A stretch of DNA of 64,000 bases. Origin: Stegostoma tigrinum. Its lineage: Eukaryota. The number at the start of each line of letters is the position of its first letter. Positions within the stretch are counted from its first letter, which is position 1. Where the stretch lies: positions 57,461,517 through 57,525,516 of the forward strand of contig NC_081357.1 in the NCBI RefSeq assembly GCF_030684315.1, in the 5' to 3' direction. Made by a program: the position numbers and the translations under genes. The notes beneath the pieces are model-generated. The model had not been told where the DNA came from. It was given only the letters and a program-made list of their open reading frames with translations, and did no database searches. This document shows, in pieces, positions 11,191-24,250 of this stretch.

Positions 11191-14114
11191 CTGGAAAGTA
11201 CCAGTTGCAACAATTGATCCCATGCAGGGAGAGTATAATTTACTAATTTTTTTTCAAATTGTCTTTCAATGGCATCAGCTGGGTGTACCATAAATGGCAG
11301 AATCAGACTCAGCAGTAAATCACAATCAACTAAATATCTTTCAACCTTTGAAAAATATCAAATCACATTCCCCTCCTTTTGTGGCACCTCTCCTTTGTCA
11401 TCTAGCTCAGTGGCACTTCCCTCTTATCATCTCACTCGTACCTATTCAACTACAACAACATTTACAACAATGGCTAGTCTTTCAGACTCTACCCTTTTAC
11501 GCCAGGAGACTGTATCTCCATCTCTATTTATTTGCCTCATGCTACCCCTTGACAGCATTATCTTAAAGATATGGGCTGGGGTTTTACCAGCCAATTGGTA
11601 AAGGGCTGCCAACTGCCAAGAGGCTACTTCTTAATGGTATCTTAGGACGGGGGAGCCATGGCTTTTGAAGGTGCCCAGCAGGGAAAGTCTTGGGCAAGTC
11701 TGGTAAATCAAATTATTTTGTAACTGTAGTTACAAGTTTTATGGTTTCACTGTGGATCTTATTTGGACTTTGTTACAGTTGTCAACATTCTTTAAATTTT
11801 AAACAGCTCAGACCAAAGTGCCATGAACATGGACAACAACTGTTCACCAATTTTAAACACAAGATACATAATCACTGTCTAAATACTCCACTAGGACATT
11901 TCTACTTCCTCCACTTGCTAAACTTTTGCATTCTGTGTTGACAGAAGCACATGATCTACAATAAGATGTGAAATCAACTTGACCTTTAAGGTATTTAAAG
12001 TAGGTGACTTAAAACCTAGCTAAGAACAGACTAATTACTTCAATTACTGACCGTCAATAGTTTGAAAAGACCTAAGCTGATAATCTGTGATGGGAAAAAT
12101 ATGCAGCATATCCCCACAAATGGTATATAGAACCAAGAGGCCTTACTGAACCAAAACAGATATTATTTAACATTTTCAGTCATCTAAATTCAGCTCTGTT
12201 TGAAGAAAGTTCTTTTAGTATTTGAAAGCCAGGGATCAGTTTCAGCAGATTTAGTTTCCATATATTATTACACAGTCTCAATTTAAAAAAAAGTCCTTTC
12301 CATCCTTAAAGATGATATTTTTTAATGGAACAGTTAGGAATGTTATTTGAGGCACCAGCAGGTTTTAGGGAATCAAAACAAACATCAGATATTCAAGTCT
12401 GGAGTCATTGCTAGAGCATGCAAGGCCCCAGCATGCAGGTGCCCTGCTGGACTGTCCGTGTGGCATTTACGCATTATATTTTGCCCATTACAGCATAGGC
12501 TTTTGGTTTTCCTAGTGTACAATTTCTTGTCACATCCACAACTAAATGACTCAAACATTTGATACACAGGATGGTAAGAAACCACAACTGAACAAATAGA
12601 CAGAAAAGACCTCAATTAGCAAGTAGTAAATGTGGATGAAAATCAAAAATAGGTTAAATTCACGTAAGAACATGCATCATAAATAGGATATAGCAACAGC
12701 CTGCATTACAAAATGACCTGATCACAGCTGTCCAAATAACTGTTGAGCAGTCGTTCAGCCAAAGGAATGTGCGAAGTAATAGCATTTCCTCTATTTGAAA
12801 TGCTTTTCGAAAAGTTTTTTTTTCATCATTTGGCTGTGTTTCTGTGAGTAACCTAAGCATTTAGGTCATGGAGATGAAATGAACTGATGGCAGGCTCATA
12901 AGTTACTGCTCCCAATATATGTGGAGACATAGGGACCAACTCATTTTGACCACTGAACAAAGGGAATTGAGTGCTATTGACTAGCTTGCATGGGCGAGAG
13001 TGTGTCCACACGTAGGTTGGGGGAGTCTATTGGGAGGTTGAGGAGACACTGTACTAATGGACAATTTCAGCATGCTGGAGGACAGACAGCTTTCTGAATA
13101 CTGGAATTTAAGGCAACAACAACTCACTACTTTCCTGATCTGTTCAATCATTTCCGAGAAATATGGACAAAGGAAGTGGGACAAATGGTCAAATGTAAGC
13201 AAAAACATGTTAAAATACAGGGCCAACGGCTCATATTATTTCAGGCCCATTCTACACACTGCAAGATCAGCTATTCAATATGTGTTTCTGTCTGGCGGCT
13301 TTGCTTTAATTCCAGTTAATGTTATTGTTGGAGATGTCAGATCCCAGAGTGAGATCTGGCTTGATAGATTGTACGTCATTTTATTTCGATTTAAAAAGGT
13401 AGTCTTTCAATGAAACACATGCATGCAATATTGTGAATTTGGTTTTGACAATAAAACAGAAGCTTATTACACAAGATAAAGATAAAATAAATAAACCAAG
13501 CCGCTTTCATAAAATACAAATTTGAAAGATTTTGAAGCATACCACGAAAATACAACCTCATCTATCTGAGCAGCATCTTACTTCAATAATCAAACAACAG
13601 GCGGTGTGCGCTCCGCTATTACTTAACTGTTTCTTTCAATTCTGAGTCTTCAGAGTTTAGTATCATCTGCCACAATAATTGGACAAATAAGCTCAGATTT
13701 TCTCAACTTCGAATATCCCCTTCAGAGTTCCAACCAAACATTTCTGATCTGGAATAATCAAACTAAAATCTTTACACTGAGACAACCTATTTCCTGACAG
13801 TTTTAAATTAACTTCTTTTTTGAAGAGAAACTCTTTCATACATGTAACTTTAACCAGGACTTCTGCAACTGACAAACAAAAGCTTTGCCAGTTATGGGGG
13901 TTTCCCTTAAGCAAACTGAAAAATCCTGATCCTTCTGAACAGAAAGCAAACTAATTTTTACACTGTCCATTTGTTAGACTCTCCCAATGCAAACAAATCC
14001 CTGTGATTACCATAGGAGCTTGTTCTCTCATACTGGTTAAAAACCCAAGTCATGGCTCCAGTAATAGTCATTAAAATCGCACATATTGATAGACCAAAAT
14101 CTGTAACAAAATAG

Positions 14115-14320
14115 GGATGCTGGAGATCTGGAACATAAGCAGAAATTGCTGGAGAAACTCAGCAGGTTGGGCAGCATCTGCGGAGAGAAAGCAGAGTCAA
14201 TGTTTGGCGTCTAGTTCAGAATCTAGAATGATTCTGAAGAAGGGTCACTAGGCTCCAAACATTGACTCTGCTTTCTCTCCACAGATGCTGCCAACCTGCT
14301 GAGTTTCTCCAGCAATTTCT
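14115..14320. mobile_element. Palindromic Penelope pseudo-LTR element (second subfamily)
   Basis: Near-perfect inverted arms 14141-14207 and 14255-14320 around a degenerate core, ctgaagaagggtcactaggctccaaacattg. The arm matches the terminus of the Penelope relic at ~28360-28490. Confidence 0.8.
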
Positions 14321-14864
14321 ACATGTTACTAGCTCGAAATCTGAACTCTAAAATAAATGGCATTAATATATACGTATACATATAAATCACACAGTTGCAA
14401 ACACTTCCAATTACCTCATCAAATTTCTAACTGTTAATCCTCTGGCCTCCAATTTTCCACATATCTTCTGCAGTTGATTTGCGCTGTTGTTCTTCCCGTT
14501 TCACTTTTTCTTCCTTTTTCCTAGTAATATACGTACTGATTCATATTCCAATCAGTCCACTTTTTATGGCATATCTTGGCTATCTCCATTTCAAGTGGCA
14601 CAGATATGGCCTATCGAGCACATAACTGGTTTGGCCATCCATTGACAGATCTGGCAAAAATACAGCTAGCTGTTTTGACTTTTTAAAACCAGAGTATCCT
14701 GGAATCAACCCACTGAGCTTATTTTCTTCATTTAATAAAAGTCTCCTGAAGCACCTTTCCTCACATCCTTCATGACTTTCAGTGGGAAGCATAAGTAGTT
14801 CATGGATTTGTGTTACCAATTCTAAATCACCTTTTCACATGCCTCTTTTTGTCTCTCCAAAGCC

Positions 14865-15245
14865 TGCCCACCATTTATAAGACACAACTAAGGAGTGTGA
14901 TGTAATGCTCTCCCACTTGCCCAGATGGGTGAAGTCCAACAACACTCAAGAAGCTCAAAATCATTTAGGTCAAAACAGTTAGCTTTACTGGTACCACATC
15001 CACTGCCTAAGCAGTCTGTACTATTTCCAAGACACCCTGAAGCTACTCACCAAGCCTTCTCCAAAATCATCACCTTAAATCAGTCACCTCTAAAATCTAG
15101 AAGGAAAAGTACAGCAGATAAACAAGAACACCATCCGGTGTCAGTTCCCCTCCGAACCATACACCATCCTCTGCTGTAAAGAAAATACCAGCCTTTCACT
15201 GTCAATGGGTCAAAATCTGAGAAATCTTTTCTCACCAGCACTTGG
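14865..15245 (+). mobile_element. 3' fragment of the same LINE family as 7760-10410
   Basis: Colinear similarity to 9880-10270 (accatttataag, ccaacaacactcaagaagc, ctagaagg, tcaaaat). Confidence 0.65.
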
Positions 15246-15349
15246 ATATACCAATATCAGACTTGGGTTCACTTTTACTTTAATTGTTAAGAGCCAAGTC
15301 AATAACTATTATAGATTAAGATGGGAAAGCCAACATAAAGATTTAGGAG

Positions 15350-15478
15350 CAAATCACTGCAGATGCTGGAATCTGTACTGAAAACAAAAAAAGTCGTTAG
15401 AAATTACAGCAGGTCAGGCAGCATCAGTGGAGAGAAGGCAAGCTAATGTTTCAAATCTCAATGGCTCTTCATCGGAAC
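15350..15478 (-). mobile_element. Solo Penelope pseudo-LTR fragment
   Basis: Minus strand ccgatgaagagccattgagatttgaaacattagc...gatgctgcctgacctgctg...ttccagcatctgcagt, the same layout as the other copies. Confidence 0.65.
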
Positions 15479-16320
15479 AGCAAGATTTATTAGTCCTGAA
15501 TATTCATGACCTACTTTATGATTTATAGATTATTTCAGAGAATTTATTAAGTTCACCAAAAACAATACTAAATAATTGATATGTAATCAGGTAATGGATT
15601 CTGTGATTCACAATGGAATACTAACTGTAATGTTTAATATTGTTTTTTTTGACAACATTATCTTTCTGTCTTCTTCACACTCGACCACTAAGAACAAGCC
15701 TTACTAGCCACTACTCTCTGGTCAGGGTTAAAGATATCCTGAACGCTAATTGGCTTATTAGTACATGAATTGTTCATGGTCAATCTTGGATTGGTTAAGG
15801 AGTGCCTGCCTACTTCCTGATTGGTTTCTACAAAAGTAGCAGTGATAACCTTTCCTACTGTCTCCCACCGCTTTCCTAAGATGTCAATCATTTATGAGAC
15901 CATTCTCTGTGTCAAAGTTATTTTATGATTTCTTGCGGAGATAACAGGACATTTTCCAACATGATCTTTACTCATGAGCTCAGGATAGGAGCATCAATGC
16001 TGTCATACTTGTTCTCAACATCTTAGAGTTGCTTAGTTGATGAGAGTTCCTCCTTTAATCAAATATCTTACCAGTATCTATTAATTTATAGAGACTATTT
16101 GCTTGGGAGTGTGTTTTTACGACTGAGTGTTGGTGTTTAGAATAGTCCTTTTAATTTTTAAACACTTAATAAACTTGCACATAACCTAATATAAAACTGT
16201 ACAGAGCATGTATAAAATATAAGTGCGCAAACACTGTGTGTAAAAGACAAGGTAGTGAACTGTAGACATACATTCATTTAATACATACTGTTGAATAATG
16301 AAAATCAAAAAGGATTAAAG

Positions 16321-16638
16321 GGCGGCACGGCGGCTCAGTGGTTAGCACTGCCGCCTCACAGCACCAGGGACCCGGGTTCGATTCCAGCCTCGGGTAACTG
16401 TCTGTGTGGAGTTTGCACATTCTCCCCGTGTCTGCGTGGGTTTCCTCCGGGTGCTCTGGTTTCCTCCCACAGTCCGAAGATGTGCAGACTAGGTGGATTG
16501 GCCATGCTAAATTGCCCATAGTGTTCAGGGGTGTGTGGGTTATAGGAGGATGGGTCTGGGTGGGATGCTTCAAGGGGCGGTGTGGACTTGTTGGGCCCAA
16601 GGCCCTGTTTCCACACTGTGGGGTATCTAATCTAATCT
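16321..16638 (+). mobile_element. HE1-type V-SINE, full length and young
   Basis: A-box ggctcagtgg, B-box ggttcgattcc, V-domain, and (tctaa)n tail. CpGs largely retained. Confidence 0.95.
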
Positions 16639-16973
16639 TAAGTGGTCACAAGTCGAATCAACTGTAACTTAACTATTTCAAAACATGATTATTTTTCTTT
16701 TGCTAAGCCACTATGGATTAAAACTTGCTTAACATGGACTGTTGTTTTACCTTTTTCTCACCTCACAAAATAAGCCTCATCTTCCTTTGATAATGACAAC
16801 GCTGGCTACTTCATAAGGCTTTAATCCTGTGAGCTCACTTGCTCATTCAGCCTTGCGAGGCTGGAATTTATCATTGTTTGATATGAAACTAAATGCTTCA
16901 AGTGAAGTTGGGTTACAAACAGTCAGTTACATGATACACGAATGGCTAAAATTAAACAAAATATAAATTAATT

Positions 16974-17335
16974 TCGAGATAACAAAGTGTGGAGTGAAGG
17001 GTCTAGGCCCGAAACGTCAGTTTTTGTGCTCCTAAGATGTTGCTTGGCCTGCTGTGTTCATCCAGCTCCACGCTTTGTCATCTCGGATTCTCCAGCATCT
17101 GCAGTTCCTATTATCTCTGATACAATTTTAACCTCAGTGCGAAGCCTCTTCCAGGGATGCCTAACCTGAAGAAGTTACCCTCCTCCCTCCAGACAAACCT
17201 TTTTCTGATGAAGAGTCTTGGCCCGAAACATCAGCTTTTGGTGCTCCTAAGATGCTGCTTGGCCTGCTGTGTTCATCCAGCTCCACACTTTGTTATCTCG
17301 GATTCTCCAGCATCTGCAGTTCCCATTATCTCTGG
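16974..17335 (+). mobile_element. Tandem Penelope pseudo-LTR pair with short 5' inversion and hammerhead-like cores
   Basis: Direct repeats ~16996-17119 and ~17209-17334. The first ~20 bp (gagataacaaagtgtggag) are inverted. Core CTGATGA 17205-17211 and GAAA 17225-17228. 12-bp TSD tataaattaatt at 16962-16973 and 17336-17347. Confidence 0.88.
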
Positions 17336-17924
17336 TATAAATTAATTCCCTTCTTTTCTGATAAAGTCAAAATATTAAACTAAAACTGAACGTAGCTACA
17401 ACTTTATTAAACAAGGACATCCAGATACCCAAATTACATTGCCTGCACGGGTTCAAGGAGTCATCACCATTTTCCTTAAAGCAGATGGAATAGATATCAA
17501 ATGTTGACTTTGCTAACAGTGCCTATATTCCATGATTTTCTTTCATGTTTATCACTTTGCCAGACTTTTCCAAACCTTTCTATTTACTTGAGCTTGAATT
17601 TTAGTTTCTTTCCAATCTTCTCCTCCATGTTATGTGAGCTGCTGTCATCCATGAATGGGAAAATGCCAAGATTAAATTCTGTACACCTCTCAGAAGTGCA
17701 GACTTGGGGTACGTTTTGTAATTACAATGAAGATACTGGATTATGTAGATCAGTTGTTTCAACAGAATAGGTCGGAACGATTGTGGTCACACTTCCGGGT
17801 TATCTAAGGGCAGCATTACCCATTATTTTAGGGGTGATCTTTTCTGTAGTGAATAACAGATTTGTGGAATGTGCTGTTAGCTTGTGCACTGAACAGTGAG
17901 TTGCTACTTTCCTTGAATCTTGAT

Positions 17925-18175
17925 AAGACCGTAAGAAATAGGAATAGGAGTAGGCTGGTTGGTCCTTTGAGCCTGTTCCACCATTCAATAGGACCACGTC
18001 TTATGTGGCATTCCTCACATCCACTTTCCTGCCCTTTCCCCATAACCCTCGATTCCCTGACTGATCAAGAATCTACAAACCCAAGGACTCTACCTCAAAG
18101 CTCTCAATGGCAAACAGTTTCCAAGGCTCTCAACCCTCTAGGTGAAGAAATTCCTCTTCATCTTAGTCTTAAACT
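17925..18175 (-). mobile_element. CR1 3' end fragment
   Basis: ataagaccgtaagaaataggaataggagtaggc...ccattcaatag is the reverse complement of a CR1 3' tail. Confidence 0.7.
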
Positions 18176-19699
18176 GGCGAGTGCTGGTCCTGTTTCTACT
18201 GGGATGCACATTGTTTCTCCCAGAAGTAGATTTTACTACTCACTACTCCCATCATGAGTGGAGGCATCATAAATGTGTGGAACACGCTGGCTACATAATT
18301 TACGAATGCTTATTAGCAAGCCTCTTTCTGCAAAAATAATCAAATTATAAAAATTGGATTTAGTTTTGCACCCTGCCATGCTTTTGAATTTTTTTCTGAA
18401 AAAAAAAGATAAATCACAACTTCTTGACAAGGGGCTCCATACATTCAATTTTACTGTTGGATCATGCTAACCAGACCTGCAGGTACATCTGGTCTTTCCA
18501 TAATTAACATGACTCTGTAGTCATTTCTGTTCTGTGCATTATTCATCATAACACAATCTGACTTCCCCCTTGAGAGGTGCCCTGCTTCACTGTAGAACCA
18601 GAAACTGACAAAAATCATCACATTTATGATTGATGGATTTAAGAGGCATGTAGCTCAAGGGTGGAAAACACCATAACAATGTTAGTGTACTTAGAGGCTG
18701 CATTGCTGCAAGAAGTGTTTCACAGATGTATTTTTTTTTCAGAAACACAGAACACAATGAGTTCAGTTACACTGAAATGCATGATCTTAGCTTAAGAAAC
18801 TGACTGCTTTCTCTCATTAAAGGAGCAGAGCGTTTTCTACACAATTTTTCACATGGCAGTCAGAATCGCTGTATAATTTTAATAGAAGAATGGTAAAAAA
18901 CCTGCAGACTTGGTGTAATCTTGAGGTAGAAAAACCAGGAAAATTTCCTGGAGTTCGCCAATCTACGACTGCTGACAAAATGGAGAAAACTCAAGAGAGA
19001 TGGTAAGGCAGCCACTTATTTTATTTCTGTTATCTTCCACCAAAGTTAGGGTGGGAACTCAAGGCAGCCCAGTGGAAATTACTGGTGTCTGAGCTTTGTA
19101 TTTTTCTAGTCATTTGATTGACCTGTTCATCTTGAATTGTCTTCTAATAATCTAACCAGTCTAATGAAAGAAACATGCCCTGCATGTTTGAATAATCTGC
19201 AGTGATCACATAATATCAGACTTCAATGCACAACAAGCAAGGTTTAGCCTGTGGGAACTACATAGTCAGAGCACTGGCCGAGTACTTTCTGTAATGGTAA
19301 ATTTATGCTGTTCTGAAATTCATTTCAACTTCATTGGTGTAGGTCGCAGGTCTCTACCTCATTAAAGACAGACTATTAGTCTCATTCTCCATGAGTTCTC
19401 TTGTCCTTTGATAGTTGTTTTATTTCTTTTAATTAATATTTATGAACAGAGCTTTGTTCAATCTATGTGCAAATAACTGCAGAAAGTAAGGTCTCAGTTT
19501 GCCCATGCACTCCACAATATTCCAGAGTGACAAACTCATCCCACTCGATTTTCTCCCCAATGCGCTCTGACAGACTAACACAGATAAGTGACATACTTCC
19601 ATTCACAGCTTTAGTAGCCCAAAAGCCAAATACTCCAGCAGCTGGAAGCCAAAGCTGCATCATCGAAATTGCCATTGGCCGAATCAGTCTATATTATAC

Positions 19700-20143
19700 A
19701 GTCATTAAGACGCACAGCACAAAAACAGACCTTTCAGTCCAAATCATCCATGTGGATCAGATATCCTAAATTTATGTAGTCCCATTTGCCAGCATTTGGC
19801 ACATATCCCTCTAAACTCTGTCTAAATATACCCATCCAAATGCCCTTTAAATGTTGTAATTGTATCTGGCAGCTCATTCCGTACATGCACCACCCTCTGC
19901 ATGAAAAAGACGTCACTTAGGTCTCTTTTAAATCTTTCCCCTCTTACCTTAAATCTATGTTCTCTAGTTTCGGGCTCCTTTACCCTGGGAAAAAAACCTT
20001 CGCTATTTACCCTATTCGTACCCCTCATGATTTCAGAAATCTCTACAACTTCACCCCTCAGCCACTGATACTCCAAGGAAAATGGCCCCAGACTACTCGG
20101 CCTCTCCCTATAGCTCAAACCCCCCAACCCTGGCAACATCCTC
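19700..20143 (-). mobile_element. CR1 (HER1-like) 3' fragment
   Basis: ORF 19822-20139 MLPGLGGLSYRERPSSLGPFSLE...LRGE...FFMQRVVHVRNELP is the CR1 ORF2 C-terminus. Confidence 0.9.
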
Positions 20144-20744
20144 GTTGGTGTTTATGTTTTTCATGGACAGTTATCCCACGTGGCTGCCCTATATGCCTTC
20201 AGACACGTCTTTTTCAATTACCCATCCAATCTCTTCTTAAATATGAAACTAAAATTTACATGATAGGATATTAATGGTAGATGGACTTCAGATCATGTAT
20301 GAGGTCTGCTCATTAGTGATCTTTGCATACATTTTCACCTTCGCGTCTTTAACATTGGCTAATTGCCAGTTATGATATTCAAGAACATTTGATTGGAAAA
20401 ATCTTGGCAAATTCTCTCTTTGTTTAGTTGAATTTAGTTAATGCAAAAAATGAGGTGTTCAGATTCTCACCATCCATGTATAAGATCAAGAATCAAAGGT
20501 TTACTGAAAAACAAGCTCAAGTCTTCTCATGCAAATATCTGGTAAGCAATGTACTAATTTGATAGCTTCGTTTATGGGTATTAACGAATCTGTAAAACAA
20601 ACTGTGAGTTGGTTTTAACAGTCACATATCGATCTGACGACGTGGAACATTCTGACTTTCAGGAAAATCACATAGAATTGCATTAAAGTTACAGGGCAGA
20701 AACAGGTCATCCAGTTTCTACACTCCAAACGAGCATCTTCCATT

Positions 20745-20842
20745 TTTCTGAAGAAAGATCCTGACCTGAAACGTCAACTTTCCTGTTCCTTTGATGTTGC
20801 CTGGCCCGCTGTGTTCCTCCAGCTCAGAACTGTGTTGTCTCT
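20745..20842 (+). mobile_element. Solo Penelope pseudo-LTR with hammerhead-like core
   Basis: ttttctgaagaaagatcctgacctgaaacgtcaactttcctgttcctttgatgttgcctggcccgctgtgttcctccagc. Confidence 0.75.
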
Positions 20843-21659
20843 TCCATTCTATTCATCTATTCCTTTCTCCCCCATGTACTAATTGAGCTTCCTTTATATT
20901 GCATCACCAAATACATCAACCAGTCTGCATGATAGACTGCATGCTGAAATCCTATATGACCTTCTACTGTACTTCTGACTGCAATTAGAAGGTTGTAACA
21001 TAACCATAGAGTTGTTACAGACAACAGGAGAGGAACATTTTGGAAAAATGATGCCAAGCTGTTACACAACAGTTGTGAAGCATAGAAGGTAAGTAAATGT
21101 GATAAAACTCCAAGCTTTTGTGTTTAAATGATCACGTGTGAATGAATTGATTACACAGGGTTTAGAAGACTGAGTATATTCAGAAAAAATATTCGCAATG
21201 ATACAGCAAGGCAGAGTGAAAAACTCAGGACTGGTCAAGCATGAACAACAAGCTGATATTAGATCAGGATGAAGTACAACAGATAAACTGTGACGAGAGC
21301 AATTTCAGAGAAACTTGTGGAATGCTCATTAGAACTACTACATAGACATTAAGCAAGTGTTTGGCAGCATACGGTGAGGAGGAATACAGTAAATCTTGAG
21401 GTTTGACAACATATTCCTGGAAAGCTTTAGGAAACATTTATAACAAATTCTTAAAAGATGAGTTCATAGGACACTGATGGAATAATCAAACAAGTAGCAA
21501 AGCCACAATTAATGCTGCATGAAAGGAATAGATTTGGTGTCTCTCCCTATGTGGCAAGATTTTTTACATATCTGATTTGTGGATGAATGTGAATTTATAT
21601 CAACATCAAAAACAGATTTATCCAAACTGACCAAGTATGTATGTGCAGCAGAGAAAAAT

Positions 21660-24250
21660 TGGATTATAGATAAGATTTACTTACACAGCGCCTTTAAAAG
21701 AATAAAATATTCCAAAACACCTCTCAAGGGGAATTACAAAACAATATATGAAAGAGTCAAATAACACGATATTAGGTCAGATGACAAAAATCTTGGTCAA
21801 AGAGACTGTAAGGCCATAAGGTACAGGAGCAGAATTAGGCCATGGGACCTATCAAATCTGCTCCATTATCCAGTGATGGCGGATACATGTCTCAATCCCA
21901 GTCTCCTGCCTTCTCCTGATAACCCTCAATTTCCTTACTGATCAAAAACCTATCTATCTCTGTCATAAAGACACTCAATGACATGGCCTCCACAACATTC
22001 TGTGGCAATCCGTTTCACCCTCTGACTGAAGAGACGCCTTCTCATCTCAGTTCTGAAGGGTTATTCCTTCACTCTGTGGCTGTGCCCTCAGGGCTGAGAC
22101 TTACCTATTACTGCAAGTATCTTCTCTTCGTCTACTCTATTCAGACTTCTCATTATTCTGTAATTTTCAACAAAAGTCCCCATCATCCTTCTAAACTCCA
22201 CCAGGTACAGACCCAGAGTCCTAAATGTTTCCATGTATGATTATTCCTTCATTCCCAGGATCATTCTTGTGAATCTCCTGCGGATCCCCTTCAAGGCCAG
22301 TACATCGTTCCTTACATCCAAGACCAAAACTGCTCACAATATTCCTAATATGGTCCGACTAGTTTTATATGACCTCAACAGGAAATCCTTGCTCTTGGAT
22401 TCTAGTCTTCTCAAAATTAAAGCTAACATTGGCATTTGCAGCTTTTGATGGTTGACTTAAAAGGAGGAAAATGAGGTCCAGAGTTGTGAGGTGTGGGAGG
22501 GTTTTACAGAGCTCAAGGTCTTGGCAACGGAACACACAGCCATGAATTGTTGAGCAATTAAATTTAACAATACTCAGGAGGCCAGAATTTGATAAAAGCA
22601 GGTATATTAAAGGATTGGAGAGGTGATAAAAATTACGAAGATGGGAAGGGGTCAGGACTTAAAGTGATTTGACCAATAAGATGCAAATTTTGATCTCAGT
22701 GCACTGCTCTTTTCTGAAAGCCAACACAGGTTAGCAAGGCCATCAATGATCATAGAATAGAACTTGCTCTGAGCTATGACATGGGCAGCAGAAATCACTG
22801 AGGGTAGAAATTGGGAAATCAGATAGGAGAGCACTAGAATAGTCACGGTTAGAAGTAAGAAAGGCATGGACAGAAGTTTGAGCAGCGTAAGATTGGTGAG
22901 AAGTTAGGTGATGAGGTGAAAGCAGCTAGTTTTAGCGATGGTTCAAATACAAGTTCAGGAATGAGTTTGGAGAGCTAACAAAAAATAATGGTTTAGTTTT
23001 CACAGATTAAGTGGAGGAAATTTTTGCTCATCCAGTACTGGAAATCAGATAAGCAATCTGATAATACAGCAACGGTAGAGTCACTGGTCAGGTCAATGTG
23101 TAGTACAGTGGGGTGTCAACAGTACACATATTGAAAATATATGCTTTTAGATGATGTTGCCAAGGGGAACAATGCAGAGGAAAAATAGGCAATGCCAAAG
23201 GTAGATATTTGAAACCAGGAGCAGGAATATGCCATTCAACCCTTCAAGCCTGCTCCACCTTTCAATCCAACCTGAACTCAAGCTCCATCTCAATGCCACA
23301 TTCCTACTTTCTCTCAACACCCCTCGATACTGACAATATCTAAAAAATTATCTATGTCTTTTTTAAATATATTCAGTGACTTGGTCTCCGCAGCCTTCTA
23401 TTGTGGAGAATTTTATGGGTTCGCTATCCTTTGAGTGAAGAATTTTTGCTCATCCCAGTTCCTCGACCCGTATCAGCAGAGGTATTGGCAAAGGAAGAGA
23501 CATCATTCTGAGTGATACTCTAGCTCCAATCAGATTATAATGCAGTCAATACGAATGTCAGCCACTGGACAACAGTGCAAACAGTCTGGAGGGTGGTGTT
23601 GTGGTCAAGCATCTCAAAAGGGGGTAGACAAGTTGAGGAGTACAAAATGGAAAAGCTTACATTTATCAGAGTCATATGAATTGTCATTTGCCACATCAGT
23701 AAAAGCACTGTTTGTGCTGTGGAAAGGGCAGAAACCTTATGGGAGGGATTCAAACATTCTGGCAAAGTTCTGGCAAAAACAGAAATATTATTAGGATGCA
23801 GCAACATATTCCAAGATTGTGGAGAGAAAGGGAGAAGGAAATGGGATTCAAAAGTGGCATGTTTAAGGGTTGATTTTGAGGAGAGTGCTGATATCTGCAT
23901 GTTTAAAGAAGAACGTGGAGGTGGAATACCTGGGGAGTGAGAGAGCTACAAAAAACATTGTCTAACATAGGGATTAGAAGGTTGGTCATCAGTATCATGC
24001 AGTTAGGGTTGAGGGAGAGAAGGTGACTCTCATGGAAAAGATGAACTCAGAATGGACCTGAAAGGAGATAATGAAGAAACTAGACAAACGTATGAGCTTA
24101 TTTCTTAGGCAATGGGGATTGTGAGAGGGAGTTTATCTAAGTGGGCGAGTGGAGAGGAGGGACATGGCACACAGCTGACCTGATTATCTCAATCTGAGTG
24201 ATAAATAAATTCCTTGTGCCAACAGAACGTGAGGCTGGAGGAATGATTCA
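21660..24250 (-). mobile_element. Ancient L2-type LINE relic with two nested CR1 fragments
   Basis: Purine-rich plus strand with L2-like 3' motifs (acagcgccttt, atattaggtcagatgacaaaaatcttggtcaaagag) that continue across the CR1 insert at 21808-22445. A further CR1 tail lies at ~23210-23460. Confidence 0.55.
21808..22445 (-). mobile_element. CR1 3' fragment
   Basis: Begins with the reverse-complement tail taaggccataaggtacaggagcagaattaggcc and continues through degenerate CR1 ORF2 C-terminal sequence. Confidence 0.8.

Noticed and set aside
16321-16392. tRNA gene
   Set aside because: The A/B boxes belong to the SINE head and run directly into the V-domain.
16274-16667. Overlapping ORFs here and at 4558-5124, 25787-26148 and 51384-51692 as a repeated small-protein family
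   Set aside because: All are translations of V-SINE copies.
16996-17334. CRISPR-like repeat-spacer array
   Set aside because: Only two ~125-bp repeats, explained as Penelope pseudo-LTRs in a vertebrate genome with no cas genes.
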